A DNA stretch of 44,666 nt, counting the filler, from Catajapyx aquilonaris (lineage: Eukaryota): NCBI GenBank assembly GCA_000934665.2. It is 2 parts of 2 records of this genome, joined end to end, with 100 filler letters (N's around TTAATTAATTAA, not from the genome) between each part and the next. Parts side by side here need not be neighbours in the genome. Positions count along the whole stretch, not along the records: positions 22,343 to 44,666 come from JYFJ02005907.1; 1 more part is not named here. The stretch is one strand, 5' to 3'. The translations under genes and the position numbers were made by a program. Positions within the stretch are counted from its first letter, which is position 1; every line of letters starts with the position of its first letter. Under the pieces are notes generated by a model. That model worked only from the letters and a program-made list of their open reading frames with translations, was not told the DNA's origin and ran no database searches. Shown here piece by piece: positions 34,074-44,666 of this stretch.

Positions 34074-37000
34074 TTCCTAGAGATGGCATTATGTAGACAC
34101 CTACTGACATCCAATTTATCCCAAGTAAAATAGAACTAGTACGTGTACTTAAGCTTCCGCAACCCCACCCCTTTTCTCCCAAGTTCCCCTAATGTCGTGC
34201 ATCCGTACCACCGACATTCTTCCGGAAGGAGACGTTGCCAAGTTAGGTTTCCTGCGAAGGAATGTTCGCTTTGATTGATCGGCGCATCCGTCCGTAAAAC
34301 GGGGGCGCCCCAAGCTCACTTATGCATGGATAATCGGACCATTCACGTGTGCGCAGTCACGATTCTACCGACCCCCTTTTTAGTACTTTTCATGAAGGAG
34401 AAAACCCCCCTAAGGAATAAGAAGATAATGTAGATGATGCGGGTCGTACCATCCTTGTTGAAAGGTTTGATCTATGCAATTTTTTTTATATAAAAGGAGG
34501 GCTTGGATATTAAATTACGGTTCGGGTGCCAGAAGAAAACAAGGGCTGTCACCCTGGAGGCATTTGCGAGTGACACGCCAACATGCCAAGTATGGTGAGG
34601 AGTCATAATAATAATAATAAAAAATTGCGAGTGTTTTGTTGACGGTCGTCAGGTTTGAAACATGTGCTGAAAGATCGTGTGGAGTTGGAAACCGTGTCTT
34701 GTTGCAGTGCTATTCATTTTTAATGGTCCATCTAGAGTGCTTGATCTTTATCCTTCATTAGTCATGTAAGATCAATTATTGTTGGCGATGGAAATCTGGA
34801 ACATTTGCAGGGGGAGTCGTCTGAAATCGTTAAAATAAAAGTCGTCCTGTTGCGAAATTGAGCCATGAAAGTTTCAAACTAGAGGCAGCTGTTGACCAAA
34901 CTTAATTTTCTGCCCGACAAATCCGTCACATAATTACGTGTAGCCTTGCCAAAAAAGGAAGCCTTTTCCCGTCCCGCAGGGGAAGGCTTTTGTGATAAAC
35001 GAAATGACGAAAAGGGAAAATATAGGGGTACTTTTTATGGAAAATTAAGTGCCTTTTTTTGTTACTTGTATACCTACTGCCAACAACGTTAAGTTGGTTA
35101 CAATGTATGTACTTTGCGACCAGGTTTTGGGAAGAATGTCATCAAAATTGCATGGAAATGTATACTTTGTTATACATCGTATAATTATCCCGAGGACGGA
35201 TTAATTATTTGTGATGTAGCAGCTTTTTATCGTAATATGACCTAGTATCAGATGAAGTAACTAGTTTTGCTAGTAGTTTGCTATTTACAGCGACACAGTC
35301 ACAGTTTATGATCCTATTACCTTAATATTGCATGTAGATTTTGATTACATGTTGTGATACTCATGCATGTGATGAAGAATACAATAATGACCCCACGATC
35401 TTTCGCTTTTGTAATGATTACAATGAACACGAATAATCTCAGCTTATATGCTACGCATGCTTATGCACTGGGTGAAGCTATGAAAGGATGGGTAATGTAG
35501 CATCTATTGCGTTATGTAACATTTCCGCCAGACTAATACGCGTTGATATGAATTATATAGTACAGTACGAGATATTAACAGTTATGTAGCCTAATACAAC
35601 ACCAGTAAGTCCTGCATCAAGTGGCAATAAAAATCTGAGAAATAGCCCTGCGTGTCATGTTGTGTTTCTGACGTATTTTCCAACATTAACAACGTAACTG
35701 TTCGAGTAAGTGAGCCTATCTACCATGTGCACCTGCAACCGTCCCATTTGACCTCGCACCGCGTGAAAGGTTAAAGATGATCGTTTTAATTGGTTTGACC
35801 CCAGGTGGAAATCACAGGTGACAAGCCGTGACCCCCTTAGGGGGGGTAGAGGGACCGTGTTGTGGCTGAGAGTGAGTGTGTGTATGGTTGTCCGTGTTAC
35901 TGTGTGTGTGTGTGTTGAGGGGGGTAGGGGGGGGGGTCGACATGGCAACGCGGCCTGGGCTCAGCCTCCGTTGGCGGGTGGTTGGGTCTGGGTCGGTTGT
36001 GGGCCAGCAGGCAGCCAGCTAGCTAGGCAGGCACAGGCAGGCCTGCCAGGCTACTGCGTCTGGTACCCCTTCCTTGTACCCTTCTGCGCTTCTTGTACCA
36101 TCCGAACCTTCTGACCCTTCTCCCCTTCCCAACCTACCCAACTCAAAAACCCATCCATCCTCGATTCCATCCACTTCTTTGGTGCAAGTGTTCAGTGTAT
36201 AGCATTTTTGTCCGGTGATTGTGATGTACACGTGTACTTACTGGTGACCCGGTGCGCTTGGGAGGGTGAGATCAGTGGCAAAGGGGTGATCCGGAAAGAG
36301 TTATGGAGTGACCCCGAGGGAGGTCGTGCGCGACCCTTTAGGGTCAGAGTGATGAGAGTGACCTCCTCTCCGGCGACCCGGTGCCTGCTGAGGGTGCTGC
36401 TGCTCCGGAGATGGGCGGCACGGAAGAGGCGGCACACGTGGGGCACCATGCACAGCTCCAGGCTGCTCTGCTGATGACCCCGGCTACCTTGCCATGACTG
36501 CAGATGGCGTAGCGCCGCAGTTATGCGGTGACATGTAGGTTCTATTGACAACAAAAACCCACCGATAAAACAGCCCTCCCAACAGTTCGAGAGTTTTTTT
36601 GGGGTACAATCGCCTCCTGGTCCTAAGTGCGGGTACTGCATGACCCCCAACCCGATCGTTGAAGAACATGGTTCGAGTCTCGTTATGTAACCCGGCATAG
36701 TTGATTTGGATGATTCCATTACTGCGTTACATTCACTAGAGTAATTGCTTGTTATTACAGTCGTGAACAATATTGGCGATAATTACATAATATTGTCGGC
36801 ATTGTTTGCTTTGTATTTTCAGCATTAACACTGTGTATGTCACGATGGGAGACTGCGTCGAATATTTACATGCATTTGGCAGGGTAGTTCACGCTTAACG
36901 CTCGAGCACGTAATGAGTGCTTAAATGGAAAATTAATTGTGACCCCAGGCCATGCAAAAGTTGCTGCTACATAATCTACCTGGGATAACATTCATATAAA

Positions 37001-39647
37001 ATTCAAGGATATATACGGTAGAACTCGCAATGAAAACAACAGAACTTCGCCCCATTACGCAGAGCGGAATTAAGCATGGATAACCCTGTACAAAAGTGTA
37101 TCTGTGATCAACTGACAAAAATGTAAGATCGAGCCATGTCTGTCAATAATTACAGTAATTATTGAACTTATTAAAATCAGGACCAAGGAGATTTTATGCA
37201 ATTGTCCGTAGCATTTTTGCCTAGATTCCCCCAGCACAGATACTTATCGAGTATTAGAAGGACCATCGAGTTCATCTTTCCGAAATTCTTCCTGAAATCA
37301 AAATAGGTACCACAAATGCACGCTATGTAGTCCTCACACTCCAAATGTGAATTATCAGCCCTTTTCCCTTCCTCCTTGTCTCGATTATGGTCACGCTATC
37401 AGTTTGTGGAGTACGTCAGGGACGAATTATATTACCTTTATGGCGACAAATCACAAATATCTGCATGCAAAAAAAAAAATATCCTGCAGTGTAATAAAAG
37501 GGGAAGTGGGGGACAAGATGGGAGGGGAGGGGGGGGGGTGGAGGAAACGAAAAAAACCGACCGTGGTTATACGGATGCGATTCAGAAAACCGTGCAAAAG
37601 TACTGCAGCCAACGCGCTGTGCTATATGATAGGGTATTATAGAGATCGATGGGAAGGAAGGGGATGGTCCAAACGTCAGGCCCGGTTTCTTTTTCGAGTG
37701 GGTGACAATGACGACACACGACGATGTATTTCTTGTTGTTTTTTTTTTTCGAAGCACTCGGGCCAGACTTAATGGGGTCATAGAGCTTACCTACCATGGA
37801 CTATACCCGTCAAAAGGATTGGAACAATCCAATTTAAATGAAATCAGTGCCTCCCGGTGGCGCAAGAGGCCGACCAGTACGCCCTCTAGCCCACCCTATG
37901 TATAGCGTGTATAATTTTTGTGTCCAACTTTTGTGTATAACTTGACAATGTTGGTTATGTAAACATGGCGCAATGCACGCACTGAAATTAGGATCATCAT
38001 CTGATAATCCATTGTGAACATCGCGTGATATTAGTTCCTATATCTTGAAGAAGAGGTTTTGATATCGAGCGAACCTAGAGAGTTCGCCCCCCCCNAAAAA
38101 AAAAAAAATGCAGTCAACCACGCCCTTTTTTCCCAGTATTGGATTTATGGGATTACTAACGTATGACCAACGGGCGTAAAAAGATTTGACGACCGTTTCC
38201 GCAAAGAGTTTTGCCGCTTATGAATCATGTCTGAGATCCAGCAGTAATGTTCGATACGATTGAGTACCGTTGCCTGGAAGTGTTTTGACAGTGTGACTAA
38301 AGGCACGTTGAGTTTAAATGGAATTGTAATCCTTCTGTTGACCGTGCTCTTATTGACAGTTCCAGTGTGTTCGGGGAGGGTGGATAAATTTCATGCAAGC
38401 TGTCGGTTGACATTTGATCTGGAGAACAAACGTTTGCATACCGATCAAATCATCGACGGTTAAACGGTGTATATCCAAGGAGCGAATAAGGGAAGACTGA
38501 AGGAGAGGGGGCATCATCTGGAAGTACGGGGTTGCCAAATCCGGCGTAGTTTCCTTCAAGTATTGATTCTGTGGGTGGTCTTGGTTTTAGGGGTTCGTCG
38601 GAAGTTTGGTCCACTCCATCCCAAGTGTGGGAACCTAGGAACTGAAACCACGTTTAACCGGAATTACACTCGGATATGGAGTTGATTCTCTTCATGTCGA
38701 GAGTTTGAATTTGCCGCCCTCCAGATGCGGCTATATTCCCTAACTGTTATGCAGATAATTTTTTTTTTGAGGTCAAAATAGCACTGATATTTAGGTTGCT
38801 CATGGGTCATCTCAAAGTTATTCGAGTAAGCTGCCAAAATTAGCACGACAATGTTAGTGCTTATGGTGAAATCATTCGCGTTGACACTGCTTCGCTTTTT
38901 TTGGCAACTAACTCGCATAATTTTGGGGCGACCCTTGCTTCAACAAACTGATTGTTACAAGTCTGGATGATTACCGTATCAGGCTTGGTTCCATTACTTT
39001 TCACAATGAAAACTAGATTGTTTATTCTTGTTATTAATTGATGGTTATTGTTGTAAGAAATTACTAACGAGTTATTACGTCTAAAACGCAAATCGTTTTA
39101 GCAACATACTTGTACAGTACATTATTCGCTTCTTGCTAAACACCTTTTTGATCTTTACAATATGAAATTTTGCATTACTGTATGAGGTGGAGATCAAGTT
39201 CCAGATAGATTACTGGAAATGCCATGCAGTGTCGGACTGACTGAATAGAATACACCTGTTTGATGTGAAAATCAGATGAGAAATTCTTTTGAATATTAAT
39301 GTCGAGGAGCATTTACCTTCCCTGGTGTCGTCGAACTGTCTCTACTACACTGTAACAATTAGCGTCACACTTTATTTATATTGCTAATAAAAAGGGTCCG
39401 CACTCGTTACTAATCATTTTATATTACATGTGACGGTGATAGGATCACAAATTGTGTCTTGTAATTCTCAGTGACATGCTTACAAATGCGTTTTTTTTAT
39501 CGGTCCAATACTGCATTATTGAAGACACTCAGCCTTTGGTATATCCTGTGAGTGCCACTACCTTCAGCACATTCCTTGACTTGCCACACTTTAGGTATAA
39601 ACCACAGGATATACCAAAGAACAAGGGTAGTATCGGTAATAATATTT

Positions 39648-39831
39648 GATAGGATAGGGACGGAAGGAAGCGGCTGTGGCTATTAATTACAGAAACAACT
39701 CCGGAATTTTCCTGGAAGGACCGTGGGAAACAACAGAAAACCACGGTCAGAGTTGCCGGCCCCGGGATTTGATCCCAGGACCTCCCGATTAGCAGTCGGA
39801 CACCATATCCCCTACTCCAAACTGCTTCGGT
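39648..39831 (-). mobile_element. SINE family A, 3'-truncated
   Basis: Nearly identical to 33736-33920 in reverse orientation. It lacks the 3' hairpin and tail. Confidence 0.9.
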
Positions 39832-40426
39832 ATTATAACTAGAATATGGGGAATCCATATGTCCTTCATATCCTTCAACATATGCCCAGTAACTGTCATT
39901 CTGGAGGTTCGTTTTTTGTCGAAAAGATTGACTGCGCTGAAATAACGTATTCACGAATATCTCCGTTTCACGTCTAGTGCAGGTACGAAGCTTTGATCAG
40001 ACAATTCACATGTACAGTTGTTGGTTAGAATTAGGTAGATTTCAGGAGAAATGTATGATACCCATCAGGCTTTGCGGTTTTGAGTTGTGGTGAAAGGAAC
40101 GGTTTGGCTGTGCGCTGCCAAGTCCAGGGCAAGGCCGCCACAGGAGGTGGCCCGGTACAATATTCCGTGGAACTTTACTTGTTATATACTGTAAGGTGTA
40201 TTTTTGTTCTTATTCTTTTGGTTTGCAATATAGAGGAAACAGATCATTAAACTAGCGTCTAGTTGAAAGTTAGTCGTGTCTTGCATTGCTCGTGTACAGT
40301 TATTTTTAGAACCTGTTATTCTGCCTGGTTGAAAAATTGACTAAAAATAGCAAAATGGTTTGAATTATTTACAACTTTATCCGCAGAGTTGCCTTGCTTT
40401 TCATAAATCTTTGGCCCGATCATATA

Positions 40427-40652
40427 CAGGGTGTTTCAACTTTTTTGTCCGAACAGTTATCGGAAAATTACACGTAGCTGCTACTTTGTAAGCAGTGACT
40501 TGCAAACGGTGATTTTTCGGAGGAACGGGGAATATTCCCTACTATTCGCAGGGTTCCTCCGAAAAAACACCGTTTGCAAGTCACTGCTTACAAAGTAGCA
40601 ACTACGTGCAATTTTCCGATAACTTTTCGGACGAAAATGTTGAAACACCCTG
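40427..40652. mobile_element. Tc1/mariner-type fold-back MITE
   Basis: TA|cagggtgtttcaac ... gttgaaacaccctg|TA, with about 100-bp arms. Confidence 0.9.
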
Positions 40653-41401
40653 TATTAACTCCATGATCCTATTCACCCTGACCAAAACACATCCATTTCA
40701 CAAATACCAATTAGCTGATATGAAAAGTGAGGGGGGGAAAAAAGGACTCATTTCTTCCATTCCCCCCAGGAAATATTTCAGGTACCTAAACGTTATTCAA
40801 GTAGATTGAAATCTCCGCCACTTTGAAGGCATTTGAAACATCCCTCTCCGATGTGACACCAATGGTCATGCACGTCATGCTGCATCCATGCTGATTTTGA
40901 AAGGCGAGTGGCAGGGACTTTTTTGAATGGTTCTCTCGGACGCTGAAAACAGGCAAACGTTCAATTAACCCTGATTCCGAGAAATCAGACCCCAAACATG
41001 AATGATGGCAAATATCGAACCTTGTTTTTGTGCCACTCAACCAAACCAGCCGTCCACAGCATTTGGAAACTATTTCATGCTTCGTCGCAATGTTCGCATC
41101 CATTACGATTCACTATCTTAAAAGCGCCAGAGTTCGACCGCATGCAGGAAATGAGTTCTGACCCGTTCATTTCCACTTGGGAGCCCTCTGGCGGCTGGAC
41201 ACCACTTTTTTTTTATATCAGACACTCTCATCAAATACTCTATTATGCCACAAGTACGTATACTAGAAGAGAAATTAATTTTGAAATTAAACTGTTGACT
41301 CCCGGGGGGCATAAATATGGACGGGAAGACCAGGATTGGTTACAGACCAGCATAGCGCATCTCTATTGGCTAATCCGTGCGTGTGCCTCAATTTTACATT
41401 T

Positions 41402-41985
41402 AAAAAAATATTGTATTTAATTTACCCCGTGATAGGGCCCCTTTTAGGGGGGAAGGGGAGGTTCCCAAGGGAGGGCGCTGTAATTATAACCAGACCTTTT
41501 CTCCTGGCCATGGGCAGAGTAGGGAGTGCAATTCTGCCCCGGCATGTCGGGTGAAAAGCGGAAAAAAATTGTTGTGTTTAATTTACCCCGTGATAGGGCC
41601 CCCTTTTAGGGGTGAAGGGGAGGTTCCCAAGGGAGGGCGCTGTAATTATAACCAGACCTTTTCTCCTGGCCATGGCCAGAGTAGGGAGTGCAATTCTGCC
41701 CCGGCATGTCGGGTGAAAAGCGGAAAAAAATTGTTGTGTTTAATTTACCCCGTGATAGGGCCCCCTTTTAGGGGTGAAGGGGAGGTTCCCAAGGGAGGGC
41801 GCTGTAATTATAACCAGACCTTTTCTCCTGGCCATGGGCAGAGTAGGGAGTGCAATTCTGCCCCGGCCTGTCGGGTGAAAAGCGGAAAAACACCCAGCCA
41901 AGCAGAGGTGACGGGGACGGGATTTGAACCCCGGCCTCCCGCTTGACTGGCCAGTGGCGTAACCACCAGTCCACCATACCTCCCT
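41402..41985 (-). mobile_element. tRNA-derived SINE family C with triplicated 162-bp 3' module
   Basis: Minus-strand head agggaggtatggtggactggtggttacg...ggttcaaatccc (41886-41985). Three tandem near-identical units at 41402-41561, 41562-41723 and 41724-41885, each ending in the shared 3' hairpin. Confidence 0.88.
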
Positions 41986-42867
41986 CAATCAATTTCACAA
42001 ATTAAAAACTTAAACTTAAAAAAAATGGAAGCCATTTTGGGAGCTGTTTCCGGAACAAACTTTAGCAAAACAGCATTTGCAATCTTTTGATTTGAGGGAG
42101 GGGGAGGAGGGGAGGGGGGTTTCCAGCGACCGATTAAATTAACCGTTCAAAGGACGCGCCTTCAAAATAAAGTTTGTGAGGGGTGCTCCCAGGAGTCACG
42201 AAGTGGCATGCGAAGGTAAACTCTTGCCCGACCGAAGCCCCCTAATAATAGATCATATTTTAACGTTTCGTCAATATTTACTTAATTATAGGAAGATATT
42301 TTGCGTGAGTTGCCAAATTTCTACTGGAGGATCGGGGGGAGGAGGAATGTTTCAATGTAGGAAATGGGAGGGGGGAGGGGGGGGAGATGAATGAATTTTC
42401 ATTGACTGGGCGGATTTAATTGTGATAGATTTCAGGCNGGGGAGAGAATCGAGTCAAATAATGAGGCGTTTTGTAATCTCTGCAATCAATATTGTGTGAC
42501 GGGATATTCGGGACTCAAAGTAACCCGTTATTCACCGTGACTGAATAACATGAATTGGTGGGTAAGGCGGAAGGCAAGGGGTTCACTTTTTGCCAACTTT
42601 TCATTCTAACCGTTCAACCCATTTTCAGCATTTGTGCTAGCCATTTTGTATGTGCACGTGCTGTGCATGCGAAAACTCACTAATAGTCAAAATGGACATC
42701 ACTAGAAGGAAAATATATTGTAGGCTGTGCTATATGTAACATTATGCTGATTTTTCTCATGTGTGTGAGCCATAATTTGCATATATAAATCTGAGTGTGA
42801 TACTTGTGATATTTAAGACTGATAGAATTGGGACCCTTGTATGACGAATTATTCATTTATCAATACA

Positions 42868-43165
42868 CTAGCTGCGGCACCCGGCGTTGCCCGGGAAGAA
42901 ATGAATGAAGGGAAAACACCTGCCAGTACCCCCGTCAACTGTCTGTCTTTCTGTGTGTCCGCCCACCAATGCCATCTGTGGTCCTGCTACTCCAACACCT
43001 TCAACCTCTCCCGTCTGTATAACGGCAACCGTCATTTGCCTGCCATCTGTAGTCAACCCCCCAACACCTCCATCCTCTCTCGGCCAGGGGGTGGAGCACA
43101 GATGGCAGGCAAATGACGGTTGGCAGGCGGACAGACAGACTCACAAACGGCTTTATTTATATAGA
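42868..43165 (-). mobile_element. Non-autonomous Helitron
   Basis: On the minus strand it begins A|TCTATATAAATAAA, has a (CTGT)-type tract, a subterminal hairpin cccgggcaacgccggg and ends CTAG|T, with no TSD. These are canonical Helitron termini. Confidence 0.88.
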
Positions 43166-44485
43166 TAGACAGATAGATAGATGTACTGTAATTTGTTAGC
43201 AGTTAAATTAACGTCAAAATACGTCAAAACGTCAAAATACAAATCGTGTGCATTTTACATTTAGTGCGCTTTAAAATGCAAATCGCATTTAGCGGAACGT
43301 AGTAGATTTCCTCATGATCTGCAAAAGTTATAAATATCTGCATGTGAATGTTTGAAGCTGGAACACATGTTTGGGAGTGGTACGTACAGTACAGTGTGAA
43401 GAGAAATGTATGTGAGCGTGAGAACTACTTTTTTGCCCAAGTATCATTTAACTGATCTACTTTTTTAAAATAATTGGCATCAGCAGGTGTGAATTGAAGG
43501 GGAAAGTTTAGTAAAGTATGCCATATTTTACACTGTATGCCAATCACGCTCCTGTGAATTACAGTATTGCTGATATCTGCTTGGCTTACTGGCAAGCTTC
43601 CTATTTGTAAAGGAGATAATTGTGATGCCAATTTGCGGAGCCTCATTGTGATTTGAATTTCATTCGTAAGTAGGCTTAGAGGATTGTACAGTATACTGAT
43701 ACCAAATAACACGACAGTTTATATGACAAAAAAAAGGGACTTCAGACTTCTGAAGAAAAAGAGGAAAATAATCTTACTTAAACTCCCTGTTTTTAGAAAA
43801 AGCCTTCAATTACCACTGCTTTTATACCTCCTGAAGAGGCCATCTTGAAACGGACTAAGGCGAAAGAGTGATAAAACGAATCCTTTTACTCTGTTTCAAC
43901 CCAGCCCTACTTTATGGCCAGCTTTTTTATTTTTTTAAAACCCTACTCTTTCTGTAAAGGATCGCAACCGAATGTATCAGATGAGGCGGGAAAATGCCTA
44001 AATAAAAAGCAGATCGATCCTAAACATCAAGAGGATGTCTTTTTATATGCATCTTAACATTTCTAGAGTTTGGTATACATCAAAAGCTTTCTCTTATTGG
44101 AAAAAGTTGTGGGGAAAACCCTATCATGTTGTTGCGAGAAAACTGTTTCTATACTGTATGCTATACTAATATTTTTATAAGGTTGAGGTTCTGTGAAACG
44201 AACGACATGGCCAACGTTTGTGGAACTAATTTGAATGAGTTCCTAGAATTTCTGTGTGGATTGTACAGCATGTTGTTTTGGGCGGAATTAAAGTGTGCAT
44301 ATTTCGAAAGTTTGCACCAATTTCATATCCGCTACAGTATAGTACGTAGTTATGAAAACTGTAACATGTTACGTAACAGTGACGAAACACTGATTGCTTG
44401 CACTGCGTACATATAGAAACTTGAGTCATTTTATTTGATTGGTTCGTATACAAGTAGTTACATCCTTACACTTTCAACACTTGTT

Positions 44486-44488
44486 AAT

Positions 44489-44534
<46 letters not shown>

Positions 44535-44554
44535 GCAACAACAATAATAATAAT
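44486..44554. repeat. (CAA)n/(TAA)n microsatellite
   Basis: Direct trinucleotide run immediately 5' of a SINE. Confidence 0.92.
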
Positions 44555-44666
44555 ACCGAAGCAGGTTGGCATAGTGGATAAGGCGTCCGACTGCTAATCG
44601 GGAGGTCCTGGGTTCGAATCCCGGGGCCGGCAACTCTGACCGTGGTTTTCTGTGGTTTCCCACGGT
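44555..44666 (+). mobile_element. SINE family A 5' part (cut by the window end)
   Basis: accgaagcaggttggcatagtgg (A box), ggttcgaatccc (B box), then the ggttttctgtggtttccc core. Confidence 0.9.

Noticed and set aside
33911..34114. Poly-Ile ORF; also the Lys/Arg-rich ORF at 26424-26738
   Set aside because: These are translations of the (ATT)n SINE tail and the (TTTCG)n tract.
39832..39936. Possible exon AVNLFDKKRTSRMTVTGHMLKDMKDIWIPHILVI resembling the IWxPD motif of Cys-loop channels
   Set aside because: The key Asp is missing, the match is only a few residues, it runs into a SINE, and no other channel exons were found.
41402..41885. Tandem repeats as a possible CRISPR array or repeat-protein gene (ORF 41551-41946)
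   Set aside because: The units are 162 bp with no unique spacers, in a eukaryotic context. The ORF simply reads through a unit whose length is a multiple of 3.
44555..44630. tRNA-like sequence with a GCT anticodon loop (also at 33736, 39831 and similar heads at 277, 29540, 29720, 41985)
   Set aside because: No proper acceptor stem or terminator. Each continues into a SINE core, and several have TSDs, so these are SINE heads and not tRNA genes.

Overview
This is repeat-rich animal (arthropod-like) nuclear DNA, not prokaryotic. The only gene I can identify is the 3' half of OLA1 (Obg-like ATPase 1, YchF family): six minus-strand coding exons between 6082 and 18049, with canonical GT-AG introns and consistent reading phases. 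Its N-terminal exons were not found. A 100-bp artificial gap linker (44 N + TTAATTAATTAA + 44 N) at 22243-22342 splits the window. Most of the remainder is transposon-derived. It includes several tRNA-derived SINE families, many fold-back MITEs (Tc1/mariner with TA, piggyBac-like with TTAA, hAT with 8-bp TSD), a mariner transposase 3' end, a non-autonomous Helitron and a decayed GC-rich retroelement-like ORF. The most notable structures are a co-varying 3' stem-loop shared by SINEs with different heads and bodies, a four-layer nest of fold-back elements, a SINE inserted in a SINE, and a SINE with a triplicated 3' module. A few coding-like islands remain unexplained. I see no clearly new protein-coding system.
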